From Candidatus Hadarchaeum sp. (GTDB lineage: Archaea; Hadarchaeota; Hadarchaeia; Hadarchaeales; Hadarchaeaceae), in assembly GCF_038871235.1 (NCBI RefSeq), contig NZ_JAVZIN010000002.1, forward strand, positions 1 through 64,000: DNA of 64,000 nucleotides. The letters run 5' to 3'. A program made the translations under genes and the position numbers. Below the pieces are notes generated by a model. That model had not been told where the DNA came from. It saw only the letters and a program-made list of their open reading frames with translations, and made no database searches. This document shows, in pieces, positions 19,390-29,022 of the stretch. How positions within the stretch are numbered: position 1 is the stretch's first letter; each line of letters starts with the position of its first letter.

Positions 19390-22077
19390 ATGGAAATACC
19401 GAAGGACTATGATCCATTGAAAGTTGAACCAAAGTGGCAAAAATACTGGGAAAAATTAGGTGTTCACCGCTTCAAGCGCGATGACCTCCAAGCACCAACC
19501 TATGTCATCGATACCCCGCCGCCCTATCCGAGCGGGGAGTTTCACATGGGCACGGCGCTGAACTGGACCTACTTCGACATCGTGGCCAGATATAAGCGGA
19601 TGCGCGGCTTTAACGTCCTTTTTCCACAGGGCTGGGACTGTCATGGACTGCCTACTGAAGTCCAAGTGGAGAAAAAGTATGGAATCAGAAAGGGGGATCT
19701 TCCGGCGGAGAAGTTCCGAGAACTCTGTGTGAAGTTGACCACGGAGAACATTGCTCACATGAAGGAAGAGATGAATTCCTTTGGCTTTTCCATTGACTGG
19801 ACCACTGAGTACCGCACCATGGATCCCAGCTACTACGGCAAGACCCAACTCTCTTTCGTCCAACTTTACAAAAAGGGACTAATTTACAGAGGAGAGCATC
19901 CGGTCAACTGGTGCCCGCGCTGTGAAACTGCCATAGCCGACGCCGAGGTTGAATATCAGGAGAAAAAAACCACCCTCCATTACATCAAGTTCAGAGTACC
20001 CGATGAAAAAGAAACTTTGACCATCGCCACCACCAGACCGGAATATTTGCCCGCTTGCGTAGCTGTGGCCGTTCATCCCGATGACAAAAGATATCAAAAA
20101 TATGTGGGGGAAAAGCTCGAAGTCCCGCCGCTAGGAAATTTGGTGAAAATCATCGAGGATAAGGAGGTTGACCCTCATTTCGGCACGGGAGTGGTAATGA
20201 TCTGTACCTTTGGAGACAAGACCGACGTGAAGTGGGTGAAGCGTTACAAACTGCCTGTCATCAAACTGATCGACGAAAGGGGCAGGATGACTGAAGCCTC
20301 AGGAAAATACTCTGGGATGGCGATTGAGGAGGCCCGTAGGTCGATTGTGAAGGACCTGAGAGAGTCGGGGCTAATAGAAAAACAGGAGGAATTTCCCCAT
20401 GCCGTTGGCGTCTGCTGGCGCTGCAAGACACCGGTTGAAATCGTGAGCAAGCCGCAGTGGTTCATGCGCGTGCTCGCCCTGAACGACCGTGTCATCGAGG
20501 AAGCGAAAAAGATCCGATGGGTCCCAGAACATATGCTCACTAGATTCATCGACTGGGTAAAATCAATGGACTGGGATTGGGTAATCTCGAGGCAGAGGAT
20601 CTTTGCGACACCTATCCCGGCTTGGTATTGCACCAGCTGCCGACAACCGATAGTGGCTGAGGAAAAGCAACTGCCGGTGAACCCGGTTAAAGATCCGCCG
20701 CCCGTTAACCAGTGCCCCAACTGCGGTGGACAAAAATTTGAACCTGAACAGGATGTCCTCGACACATGGATGGACAGTTCAATCACCATAGCTGTCCATG
20801 CCGGCTGGCCCGATCTCGACCCAAGGCTCTTCCCCGCAGACCTTCAACCGAACGGGACTGACATTATCCGAACTTGGGACTACTATCTAATGGTTCGTCA
20901 TCTGGCCCTTCTCAACAAGGCACCCTATAAGACGGTGATGATCAACGGCATGGTTCTAGGTACCGACGGCCGGGCCATGCACAAGTCACTGGGAAATTAT
21001 GTGGATAGCAGCAAGGCACGTGATAAATACGGCGCTGACGCCCTGCGACAATGGGCGGCAATTGGGGCATCCACGGGTGCCGACATACCTTTCAGCTGGA
21101 AAGATGTTGAGTTCAGCTATCGCTTCTTGAGAAAATTCTGGAACGCCATCAGGTTCGCCAGCCCTTACCTAAAGCCCGAAATTCTTCGGCAAGACAAAAA
21201 CAGTGTCAAACTGCGTCCGGTCGACCGCTGGCTGCTAAGCCGGGTGAATAGGCTGATCAAGGATGTCACCGGATGGCTCGAGGACTTTCAGTTCAACCGG
21301 GCTTTAGGCGAACTACACAATTTTGTCTGGCACGAACTCTGCGATATGTACATTGAAGAGGTAAAGTACAGGCTATATGGAAAAGATCAAACATCAAGTG
21401 GGGCCGCCTTCACCCTCGGCCACGTCATAATGACAACGATAAAAATGCTGGCCCCGTTCGTCCCTCATTTCGCTGAGGAAGTTTACCAGACTTTTTTTTC
21501 CGCCATGGAAAAACAGTCCAGCATCCATCTCACCAAGTGGCCCGAACCAGATGAGTCTGCCATCGATAGGTTAGCTGAGGAGCTTGGAAAAATCGCCAAC
21601 AAGGTAGTCAGCGCACTGAGACAGTTTAAATCAGCGAGGAAGCTAGCGCTCAACACCGCGATACCGGAACTGATAATTTACACTCCTGATCAGAAGCTGC
21701 GCAAACAACTCGAGGAAATCGTTGGAGATATTGCAGGAACGATGCAGGTGAAGGAAATTAAAATACTGTCTGAAAAACCTGAACTGGAGGAACGTCTGAT
21801 CTCGGTTGAGCCCAACTTCGCCAAGCTGGGATCACGTCTGCGCGGCGATTTAAAAGCCGTCACCGAAGCCCTGCGCGAGACTAATCCCAAAGAGCTATCG
21901 GAACAGCTACAAAAAGGAAAGATCACCATACCAATGCCAAACAAAGTTATCGAGCTGACTGTAGACGAACTCAAGATAACCAAAGAAACGGTTAGAAAGG
22001 GTCATCGGGTTGAGGTTATTGATTTAACCGAACCGGCGCTGACGCTGCTCCTGCCACTAGGTGGGTTTGGAAAGTAG
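19390..22077 (+). CDS. valS: Valine--tRNA ligase (archaeal type)
   Basis: DTPPPYPSGEFHMG, GWDCHGLPTE, DWVISRQR, AMHKS. Confidence 0.97.
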   Translation: MEIPKDYDPLKVEPKWQKYWEKLGVHRFKRDDLQAPTYVIDTPPPYPSGEFHMGTALNWTYFDIVARYKRMRGFNVLFPQGWDCHGLPTEVQVEKKYGIRKGDLPAEKFRELCVKLTTENIAHMKEEMNSFGFSIDWTTEYRTMDPSYYGKTQLSFVQLYKKGLIYRGEHPVNWCPRCETAIADAEVEYQEKKTTLHYIKFRVPDEKETLTIATTRPEYLPACVAVAVHPDDKRYQKYVGEKLEVPPLGNLVKIIEDKEVDPHFGTGVVMICTFGDKTDVKWVKRYKLPVIKLIDERGRMTEASGKYSGMAIEEARRSIVKDLRESGLIEKQEEFPHAVGVCWRCKTPVEIVSKPQWFMRVLALNDRVIEEAKKIRWVPEHMLTRFIDWVKSMDWDWVISRQRIFATPIPAWYCTSCRQPIVAEEKQLPVNPVKDPPPVNQCPNCGGQKFEPEQDVLDTWMDSSITIAVHAGWPDLDPRLFPADLQPNGTDIIRTWDYYLMVRHLALLNKAPYKTVMINGMVLGTDGRAMHKSLGNYVDSSKARDKYGADALRQWAAIGASTGADIPFSWKDVEFSYRFLRKFWNAIRFASPYLKPEILRQDKNSVKLRPVDRWLLSRVNRLIKDVTGWLEDFQFNRALGELHNFVWHELCDMYIEEVKYRLYGKDQTSSGAAFTLGHVIMTTIKMLAPFVPHFAEEVYQTFFSAMEKQSSIHLTKWPEPDESAIDRLAEELGKIANKVVSALRQFKSARKLALNTAIPELIIYTPDQKLRKQLEEIVGDIAGTMQVKEIKILSEKPELEERLISVEPNFAKLGSRLRGDLKAVTEALRETNPKELSEQLQKGKITIPMPNKVIELTVDELKITKETVRKGHRVEVIDLTEPALTLLLPLGGFGK

Positions 22078-22254
22078 TGAACTAACTATGATGAAGATAA
22101 AGAGTATAGCAAAGATTACCAGCATTATCAATCTCGACCTTTTCATGCTCCTCTGCTGTCGGTTCAATATCTCCTCGCAGGAAAGCGAACAAACCGTCTT
22201 GTCTGGGTCAGTCGGTTTTCCACAGACTACGCAGTGCTTGTGATCCTCTACCAC
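22057..22254 (-). CDS. DUF2116-like Zn-ribbon membrane protein
   Basis: HKHCVVCGKP...CSLSC plus C-terminal TM helix; pyrH-linked. Confidence 0.8.
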   Translation of the reverse strand: MVEDHKHCVVCGKPTDPDKTVCSLSCEEILNRQQRSMKRSRLIMLVIFAILFIFIIVSSLLSKPT

Positions 22255-22943
22255 TTGCTCACCCTAGCTATTACAGTTCCGGTGTGCTTGGCACCATTTA
22301 AGATTTCCGGTAAACGTGTTATTTCATGTCTGCCCAGAATAAGCGTCTTGATGTTGGACCTCTGGATGAGCTTGACCGCCACAGGATCCATGACCGATTT
22401 CATTCCTGGCTTGTACTCGGCTGAACCAACCAGCTTTGCCAGTTCATCCGGGGTGAGTCGGTCCAACTTCTTGGCCTTGGGATCTACCTTGGGGTCAGCC
22501 GTATAAACACCATCGACGTTAGTAAAGAAAACTAAAATCTCGGACTTGCTGACTTGGGCAAGCATCGCGGCCACTGCGTCAGTGGTCTGCCCAGGAGTCG
22601 TCCCTCCCATTACAGGCACTTTGTTCCTGAAGATGGCTCGCACCGCCTTCTCAAAAACAGTAACTGGCGCTGGCTCAGCAATTTCACCCAAGGCTGCGAT
22701 CAAAAGCTGGGCGTTCAACCTGGTGGCCGCTATCCCTATCTGATCCTGATCAATCCCCGGAATGCCTAGTTCCTGCGCCGCACTTATATACGACCGGGCC
22801 AATTCCCCGCCTCCAACCACAATCAATACCTCGTGATTTTGAGACCTAAGCTCACGGACCGTCTTAACGATATCCCTGATGCAGGCCAAATCAGGTGTAC
22901 CGGGAACTAAGATCGAGCCACCGAAGCAGATCGTTACCCTCAT
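22248..22943 (-). CDS. pyrH: UMP kinase
   Basis: GGS, VGGGELAR, PGQTTDAVAA, TNVDGVYTADP. Confidence 0.93.
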   Translation of the reverse strand: MRVTICFGGSILVPGTPDLACIRDIVKTVRELRSQNHEVLIVVGGGELARSYISAAQELGIPGIDQDQIGIAATRLNAQLLIAALGEIAEPAPVTVFEKAVRAIFRNKVPVMGGTTPGQTTDAVAAMLAQVSKSEILVFFTNVDGVYTADPKVDPKAKKLDRLTPDELAKLVGSAEYKPGMKSVMDPVAVKLIQRSNIKTLILGRHEITRLPEILNGAKHTGTVIARVSKW

Positions 22944-23010
22944 CGAACCATCACTCTTTTTTACCCCATACTATTAATGTTCGCGGTTAAAAATTATCCA
23001 GGCGAGCCAA

Positions 23011-24267
23011 ATGCCGGCAGACAGTAAATCCCTATACCAGTTCAAGAGGATGCTGGAAGAACTGGAGGGCAAGCGGGGGCGAGGCACGGAGCTGATCTCC
23101 GTCTACATCACCCCAGACACAGACCTAGCCAAGGTCATGCAGCAGCTGAGGGACGAGCAGGGCACCGCTTCCAACATCAAGTCCAAAACCACGCGCAAAA
23201 ACGTGCTGGCGGCCCTAGAGAGAATCATCCAGTTTCTTAGAACCTATATGGAAAACAACAAAAAACCACCGCCGCACGGGATGGCAATCTTCTGCGGCAA
23301 TGTCGCGGGTAGGGACGATGTCGCCGATATCCAGCTCTACTGGATAGAACCTCCCGAGCCCGTAACTGTTAGGATGTACCGGTGCGACCAAGCGTTCGTG
23401 TTGGAGCCACTCAAGGAGATGCTACAAATCAAGGAAACAATTGGGCTCTTCGTCATGGATAGAAGGGAAACCACATTCGCCACCCTTCGGGGCAAACATG
23501 TGGAGATACTGAGAAAGCTGACCTCGGCTGTCCCGGGAAAGCACAGTAAGGGAGGACAGTCATCAAGGCGCTTTGAACGGCTAATAGAGATAGCGGCCCA
23601 TGAATATGCCAAGAGGGTCGCGGAAGCCGCCAACGAGATCTTTTCCCAAATTCCCGACCTGCGTGCAATTATAGTTGGCGGTCCGGGACCGACCAAGGAG
23701 GATTTCCTTAACAGCGGGCTTCTCCATGAATCCGTGCAAAAGAAAATCGCCGGTGTTTTGGACACGGGCTACACCGACGAACAGGGCATCAAGGAACTGG
23801 TGAACAAAGCAGGTGAAATTTTGGCCGATTTAGAGATACTGAAAGAAAAATCAGTGATGCAGAAGTTCATGGAAGAACTGGTCGCCGGGAAGGGTCTCGC
23901 TGCCTATGGGGAAAGCGAAATAAGGCGCGCGCTGGAGCAGGGCGCCGTGGAGCTGTTGCTGATCTCCGAGGGGCTGAGAAAGCTCCGGGTGACGACAAAA
24001 TGTCAAGCTTGTGGGGAAACCTTTCACGAAATCGTCGATAATCTGGACCATTATCAAAAACAGCTATCTGATAAAAGCTGTCCCAAATGCGGGGAAAACA
24101 AGCTTGTCGTGGTTGAAAGCAGAGACGTGGTCCAAGAACTGATGGAGCTAGCCGAAAAATTCAACACTAAAATTGAATTCATCTCCACCGAAACAGATGA
24201 GGGCAAACAGCTTCTAACCGCTTTCAAAGGGCTTGCAGCAATCCTAAGGTTCAAATCGGCCCAGTAG
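23011..24267 (+). CDS. prf1: Peptide chain release factor aRF1
   Basis: NIKS, YRCD and GGQS motifs; CxxC zinc insert. Confidence 0.97.
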   Translation: MPADSKSLYQFKRMLEELEGKRGRGTELISVYITPDTDLAKVMQQLRDEQGTASNIKSKTTRKNVLAALERIIQFLRTYMENNKKPPPHGMAIFCGNVAGRDDVADIQLYWIEPPEPVTVRMYRCDQAFVLEPLKEMLQIKETIGLFVMDRRETTFATLRGKHVEILRKLTSAVPGKHSKGGQSSRRFERLIEIAAHEYAKRVAEAANEIFSQIPDLRAIIVGGPGPTKEDFLNSGLLHESVQKKIAGVLDTGYTDEQGIKELVNKAGEILADLEILKEKSVMQKFMEELVAGKGLAAYGESEIRRALEQGAVELLLISEGLRKLRVTTKCQACGETFHEIVDNLDHYQKQLSDKSCPKCGENKLVVVESRDVVQELMELAEKFNTKIEFISTETDEGKQLLTAFKGLAAILRFKSAQ

Positions 24268-24331
24268 AAAAAATCAACTGAAACTCAGAACAAATAAAAA
24301 TTTTTTATCCGCATGGTTCGATTGCTTTGGC

Positions 24332-25702
24332 TTAAATTTCCGCCAGCCATTTCATTTCCTCTTGACCCGCACCAAGGGCCAGTAACTGAGCTCGTGACTT
24401 ATAAAAGGTCTCCTGATATTCAGCTTCAGCCGAGGACTGGGAAACTATTCCAGCCCCAACCGGGACGTAAGCCATCTTTCCCTTGACCAAGATCGATCTG
24501 ACCATTATCCCCATATCTAGACACCCGGAATTGCTCAAGTAGCCGAATGAACCTGCATAGGGGCCTCTAGCGTCCGGTTCGATCTCATCTATCACTTCCA
24601 TCGCCTTTCGCTTGGGGACTCCCGCTATCGTCGCCGAAGGGAATGTGGCCCTCACCAAGTTAAATTTATCCTTCAGTCTCCCGCTAATCCTCGAAACCAG
24701 GTGCTGAAAAAACGGAAACTTTTTGACTCTTAGCCTTTCATGTACTTTTACTTCACTGCACACGGATTTGAACTCAGCCACACATTCCTCCAGCAACATT
24801 GCGTGTTCAGACCTCTCTTTGCGGCTTTTCCTCAGTTCAAGTTCCAACCTTTTGTCCTCTGCGTGGTCAGTTCCTCGTCTCCTAGTCGAAGCGACCGGAC
24901 GACTTTCCGCATAATCTCCACGTAGGGTCAAGAAATTCTCCGGCGAAGAACCCAAAACACACGCATCACTCGTGCGTAAATAGAAAATATAGGGACAGGG
25001 GTTGATTTCTCTTAGTTTTAGGTAGGTGGCAAATGGATCAACCGAGGCGCAGGATATCCTCCTTGAGATAATGGCCTGACTAATTTCTCCTCGAGAAATA
25101 CGCACTTTAGCCTCATCGACCATGTCCATGTACTCCGCCCTTTTAACGTTCGCAGACACCTTGGATAGATGGGGTTTCCTTAAATCCTTAGGCTCGGGCA
25201 GTCTCAGCATTGACTCCAATTCCTCAACTGCATTACGATAAACTCTCGCCGGCTCATCATCCAACCTTGCGCAGTATACTGCCTTTAGGGCCCCTCTTCT
25301 AACTTCATAGAACTTGCTCACCTTTAAAAGAATGGAGTTCGGAAGCCCCATGGGGTCAGGCTCCTTCCATTCCAGATCAAACATCAATCTCGCAGAATCG
25401 TATCCGATATATCCAACCAAACCGCCGCTGAAGGTCTTCGAAGGTGGAGCGATCTCTTCCCTCAGTTGTCGTGAAATTATTTCGAAGGGAGTGTGTTCTG
25501 GACCTCGTCCAAAAACTAGGGCTTCATCGGCTGAGCCAAATATCGAAGTTCCGTCTCTCTCAAAAGCAAACGATGGGCCTCGCATGGATGAGAGGGCCAA
25601 AATCGGATCATGCTTTACCTCGATTTTTGTACTAACCGGAATCACGCTGTATCTTTTTGAAAGCTTGATGAAGTTCCGCAGACCCGGCAAGTGCTTAACC
25701 AA
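24332..25702 (-). CDS. Divergent chorismate-binding MST enzyme (TrpE/PabB family)
   Basis: GGLVGYIGYD, GSSPE, KERSEH, HLVS, RGPYAG, GAGIV, EYQET. Confidence 0.8.
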   Translation of the reverse strand: MVKHLPGLRNFIKLSKRYSVIPVSTKIEVKHDPILALSSMRGPSFAFERDGTSIFGSADEALVFGRGPEHTPFEIISRQLREEIAPPSKTFSGGLVGYIGYDSARLMFDLEWKEPDPMGLPNSILLKVSKFYEVRRGALKAVYCARLDDEPARVYRNAVEELESMLRLPEPKDLRKPHLSKVSANVKRAEYMDMVDEAKVRISRGEISQAIISRRISCASVDPFATYLKLREINPCPYIFYLRTSDACVLGSSPENFLTLRGDYAESRPVASTRRRGTDHAEDKRLELELRKSRKERSEHAMLLEECVAEFKSVCSEVKVHERLRVKKFPFFQHLVSRISGRLKDKFNLVRATFPSATIAGVPKRKAMEVIDEIEPDARGPYAGSFGYLSNSGCLDMGIMVRSILVKGKMAYVPVGAGIVSQSSAEAEYQETFYKSRAQLLALGAGQEEMKWLAEI

Positions 25703-25717
25703 CAGATCACCGGCATA

Positions 25718-26977
25718 TTAGGTTCCAAGTGTCCATGAAGCAGAATAATCGGCTTGTTCTTTGGTCCGCTTCTCTAGTTTTATTCCCATGGAGCGCAACT
25801 TTAACTCAGCGACTCTCCGGTCGATTTCAGGAGGCACCTCATAAACTTTTGGAGCAAGACCTCTGCCAGATCGGGCCAGATAAACTACGCTTAAAGCTTG
25901 CAGAGCGAAGCTCATGTCCATAATCTCCATCGGATGACCGAGCGAGCGCCTTCCGGCGAGATTGACCAAACGTCCTTCAGCTAGCAAGTATATCCTGCGC
26001 CCGTTCTTCAGCTTGAACTCCTGAACATCTTCGATCACTTCCCTGCTACTAACAGCCAACCTTCTGAGACCATCCAAGTCTATCTCCACGTTGAAATGTC
26101 CTGAGTTACATAGAATCGCACCATTTCCCATCATTTTCATGTGCTCCACACGAATAACCTTGAAGCCCCCCGTCGCGGTGATGAAAAGCTCTCCCCACTT
26201 CGCTGCCTCGTTCATCGAGGTAACACAGAACCCATCCATCGCTGCCTCCAGCGCCTTTACCGGGTCGGTCTCAACAACCGTGACCAAAGCACCCAGCCCT
26301 TTGGCCCGGGAGGCAATTCCTCTGCCAACAAACCCATAGCCAACAACGACCACGCGCTTTCCTGCAATTAGGGTGTTGGTCATCCCGGTTATGGCCTGAA
26401 AAGTTGACTCTGCGGTACCAAACCTGTTATCGAAAAATCTCTTGCAGGGGCTGTCATTGACCGCTATCACCGGAAATTTCAATGCCCCTGCTTCTGCCAT
26501 AAGCCTCAAGCGGTTAACTCCGGTGGTGGTCTCCTCTGAAGCGCCAATCACTCCATCAAGAAGCTCCCTGCGGCGAGTGTGTACCCTCGTGATCAGATCC
26601 GCGCCATCGTCGATCAGGATTTGTGGTCTTACATCGAGCACCGCGTTCAGATTGGCATAATAATCCTTGGTGCTCTCACCTCGCCAAGCATAAACGTTGA
26701 CACCTTCTTTTGCCAACGCTGCTGCCACCTCGTCCTTAGTAGAAAGGGGGTTGCAACTTGCTATCGCCACCTTGGCCCCACCGGACAATAAGGTCCTAAC
26801 AAGCACACCAGTCTTGGACTCGGTATGCAAGGCGGCGCCAATGGTAATGCCTCTAAGCGGCTTGGTCTTCGAAAACTCCCGGCGAATTTCAGCTAGGACG
26901 GGCATGTGGTTTTCCGCCCATTCCATCATCCGCCGGCCCTCTGCAGCGAGGCGTATGTTTTTGACCTTGTAACTCAC
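25718..26977 (-). CDS. ahcY: Adenosyl/inosyl-homocysteinase
   Basis: SCNPLST, DDGADL, EETTTG, FDNRFGT, EGRLVNL, GHPMEIMDMSF. Confidence 0.96.
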   Translation of the reverse strand: MSYKVKNIRLAAEGRRMMEWAENHMPVLAEIRREFSKTKPLRGITIGAALHTESKTGVLVRTLLSGGAKVAIASCNPLSTKDEVAAALAKEGVNVYAWRGESTKDYYANLNAVLDVRPQILIDDGADLITRVHTRRRELLDGVIGASEETTTGVNRLRLMAEAGALKFPVIAVNDSPCKRFFDNRFGTAESTFQAITGMTNTLIAGKRVVVVGYGFVGRGIASRAKGLGALVTVVETDPVKALEAAMDGFCVTSMNEAAKWGELFITATGGFKVIRVEHMKMMGNGAILCNSGHFNVEIDLDGLRRLAVSSREVIEDVQEFKLKNGRRIYLLAEGRLVNLAGRRSLGHPMEIMDMSFALQALSVVYLARSGRGLAPKVYEVPPEIDRRVAELKLRSMGIKLEKRTKEQADYSASWTLGT

Positions 26978-28284
26978 CTATCTCCACCTAACCTTGAAAC
27001 CAAATCATCAGAAGTTCTCTGCGCTAGCTCTAAAACCTTCTCTTCATCGAGCGTAAGCACTTCGCCTTTCTCCATCAATATCTTTCCGTCAACAATAACC
27101 GTGTCAACGTCGCTGCCACTTGCGCTGTAGACGAGGTGGGAGACGATATCGTGCATTGGAGAAAGGTGTGGCTTTCTCAGGTCAACTATGATTAGGTCGG
27201 CTTTTTTACCTACCTCCAGCGATCCCAACTCTGCCTGTAAACCCAGCGCCGCCGCCCCGTTTATGGTCGCCATTTCCAAGGCTTTCATCGCTGGTAACAC
27301 CGTGGGATCAAGCCTGCGTGCCTTGGCCAGCAGCGACGCTAATTTCATCTCCTTGAACATATCGAGGGAGTTGTTAGAAGCGGCGCCATCGGTCCCTAGA
27401 GCTACCGGTATGCCCGAGGCAAGCATTTCCGGAACCGGGGCAATTCCTGAGCCCATCTTCATATTGCTGGTAGGATTATGAACTGGCTTGACGCCATTAT
27501 CCTTAAGTAATTTGATTTCCTTGTCAGTGACCCAGATACAGTGAGCAGCTAAAACCTCAGGACCGAGAAATCCAATGGAGTTCAAGTATTCCACGGGACG
27601 TTTGCCGTACTTTTCCGTCGTCTGTTTCACTTCCTCACTACTTTCAGCTAGGTGAATGTGAATGCCTACCCCGAACTCCTTTGCCAGTTCCTTAACCTTC
27701 TGTAGACACTCAGTAGAGCACGTGTAAGGTGCATGTGGGCCAAACATCGCTAATATCCGACCCCGCGCTTTTCCGTGAAAGGCTCTGACAAAGTTACGGC
27801 CGATTCTTATCTCCTCCTTCATCTTCTGCTGATCACCCCGGTCAATCATACCGTAAGAGAGGACTCCTCGAAGACCAGCTTTCATCACGGCCCTAGCAAC
27901 CTGATCCATATGGAAATAGTTGTCGGCAAAACAGGTTGTGCCAGATTTTATCATCTCGAGCGAGCCGAGCAGTGCTCCAACGTGGCAGTCGCGCGGTTCC
28001 ATCCTCTTTTCCATCGGCCAAATTTTATCGAAGAGCCATTTATCCAAAGGCATGTCGTCGGCAAAACCACGGAGCAAGGTCATGGCCAAGTGAGTATGTC
28101 CATTTATCAATCCTGGCAGGACTGCCTTACCCCGAGCATCGATCACCTGATCCGCCTTCTCCTTAATTTCTTCTCCGACCGCGACAATCCTGCCGCTCTC
28201 GATGGCAACTGACCCCTGTTTGACGATCTGGCGATTGTAGTTCATCGTGACCAAAAGGCCGCCTCTGACCAAGATATCAACCAA
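26974..28284 (-). CDS. mtaD: MTA/SAH (5'-deoxyadenosine) deaminase, amidohydrolase family
   Basis: HTHLAM, PHAPYTC, HIHLAES, AAHC, GTDGAASNN; coupled to ahcY. Confidence 0.85.
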   Translation of the reverse strand: MVDILVRGGLLVTMNYNRQIVKQGSVAIESGRIVAVGEEIKEKADQVIDARGKAVLPGLINGHTHLAMTLLRGFADDMPLDKWLFDKIWPMEKRMEPRDCHVGALLGSLEMIKSGTTCFADNYFHMDQVARAVMKAGLRGVLSYGMIDRGDQQKMKEEIRIGRNFVRAFHGKARGRILAMFGPHAPYTCSTECLQKVKELAKEFGVGIHIHLAESSEEVKQTTEKYGKRPVEYLNSIGFLGPEVLAAHCIWVTDKEIKLLKDNGVKPVHNPTSNMKMGSGIAPVPEMLASGIPVALGTDGAASNNSLDMFKEMKLASLLAKARRLDPTVLPAMKALEMATINGAAALGLQAELGSLEVGKKADLIIVDLRKPHLSPMHDIVSHLVYSASGSDVDTVIVDGKILMEKGEVLTLDEEKVLELAQRTSDDLVSRLGGDR

Positions 28285-28292
28285 TATTTCAC

Positions 28293-28808
28293 CTAACCCT
28301 TGAGCGCTTTCGCGATGGCCCGACCAAACTCACGAGCTGCACTGGGACCATTCGCAGTGATCACGTTACCGTCAATCACCACTGCCTTTTCTTGATAGAT
28401 CGCCCCACCACTTATTATTTTCTGCACATACTCGCCCGGAAAAACCGTGGCCCGTTTATCCTTAAGCACTCCGGCATTGGCGAGGATTACTGGGGCGATA
28501 CAAATTGCACCCATCTTTTTGCCCTTTTTGAAAGCCTCGCCAGCTATCGAGATAGCCTTCTTATCCTTAAAGTAAACCGCAGAACCCGACCCACCCACAA
28601 AGATTATTCCGTCATATTCATCGACCCTAACTTGATCCAGAGTTATGTCAGGAGTTACCGTGGCTCCGAGCATCCCTCGCGCTTCACCTCGCTTGGAACT
28701 GGCCACCACCGTTGCTACTCCGGCACGCTCAAGCTCCTCCTTAGTGTGGAGAAGTTCCTCGTCTCTAAAGTTCTCAGGGGCTATTATCAGCAGCGCCTTT
28801 TTCGCCAG
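28293..28808 (-). CDS. DJ-1/PfpI family protein
   Basis: FRDEE, FVGGSG, AICIAP, TANGP; start probably CTG 28808 (track uses TTG 28820). Confidence 0.88.
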   Translation of the reverse strand: MAKKALLIIAPENFRDEELLHTKEELERAGVATVVASSKRGEARGMLGATVTPDITLDQVRVDEYDGIIFVGGSGSAVYFKDKKAISIAGEAFKKGKKMGAICIAPVILANAGVLKDKRATVFPGEYVQKIISGGAIYQEKAVVIDGNVITANGPSAAREFGRAIAKALKG

Positions 28809-29022
28809 AGAAATCACCAAGATATGTTGTTCTAGATGTTAAAAATAGCTGACTACTCAGTTCCAACTTCTTAAAAGTTAGAGCAGTTATAGCCGAGATC
28901 ACTAACAGACACCGATGATTTTAGATAATAATAAGATAAAGACGAAAAAGTTGTTGAAAAGTTTGTTAGACAAAAAGTCTAAAATTTTAAATTAAACAAG
29001 AACAAGTGAGAAGGGTGAGAAG

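Noticed and set aside
28966-28982. TTAGAC-N5-GTCTAA palindrome upstream of metG
   Set aside because: Single 6-bp arm pair in AT-rich DNA with no second copy noticed
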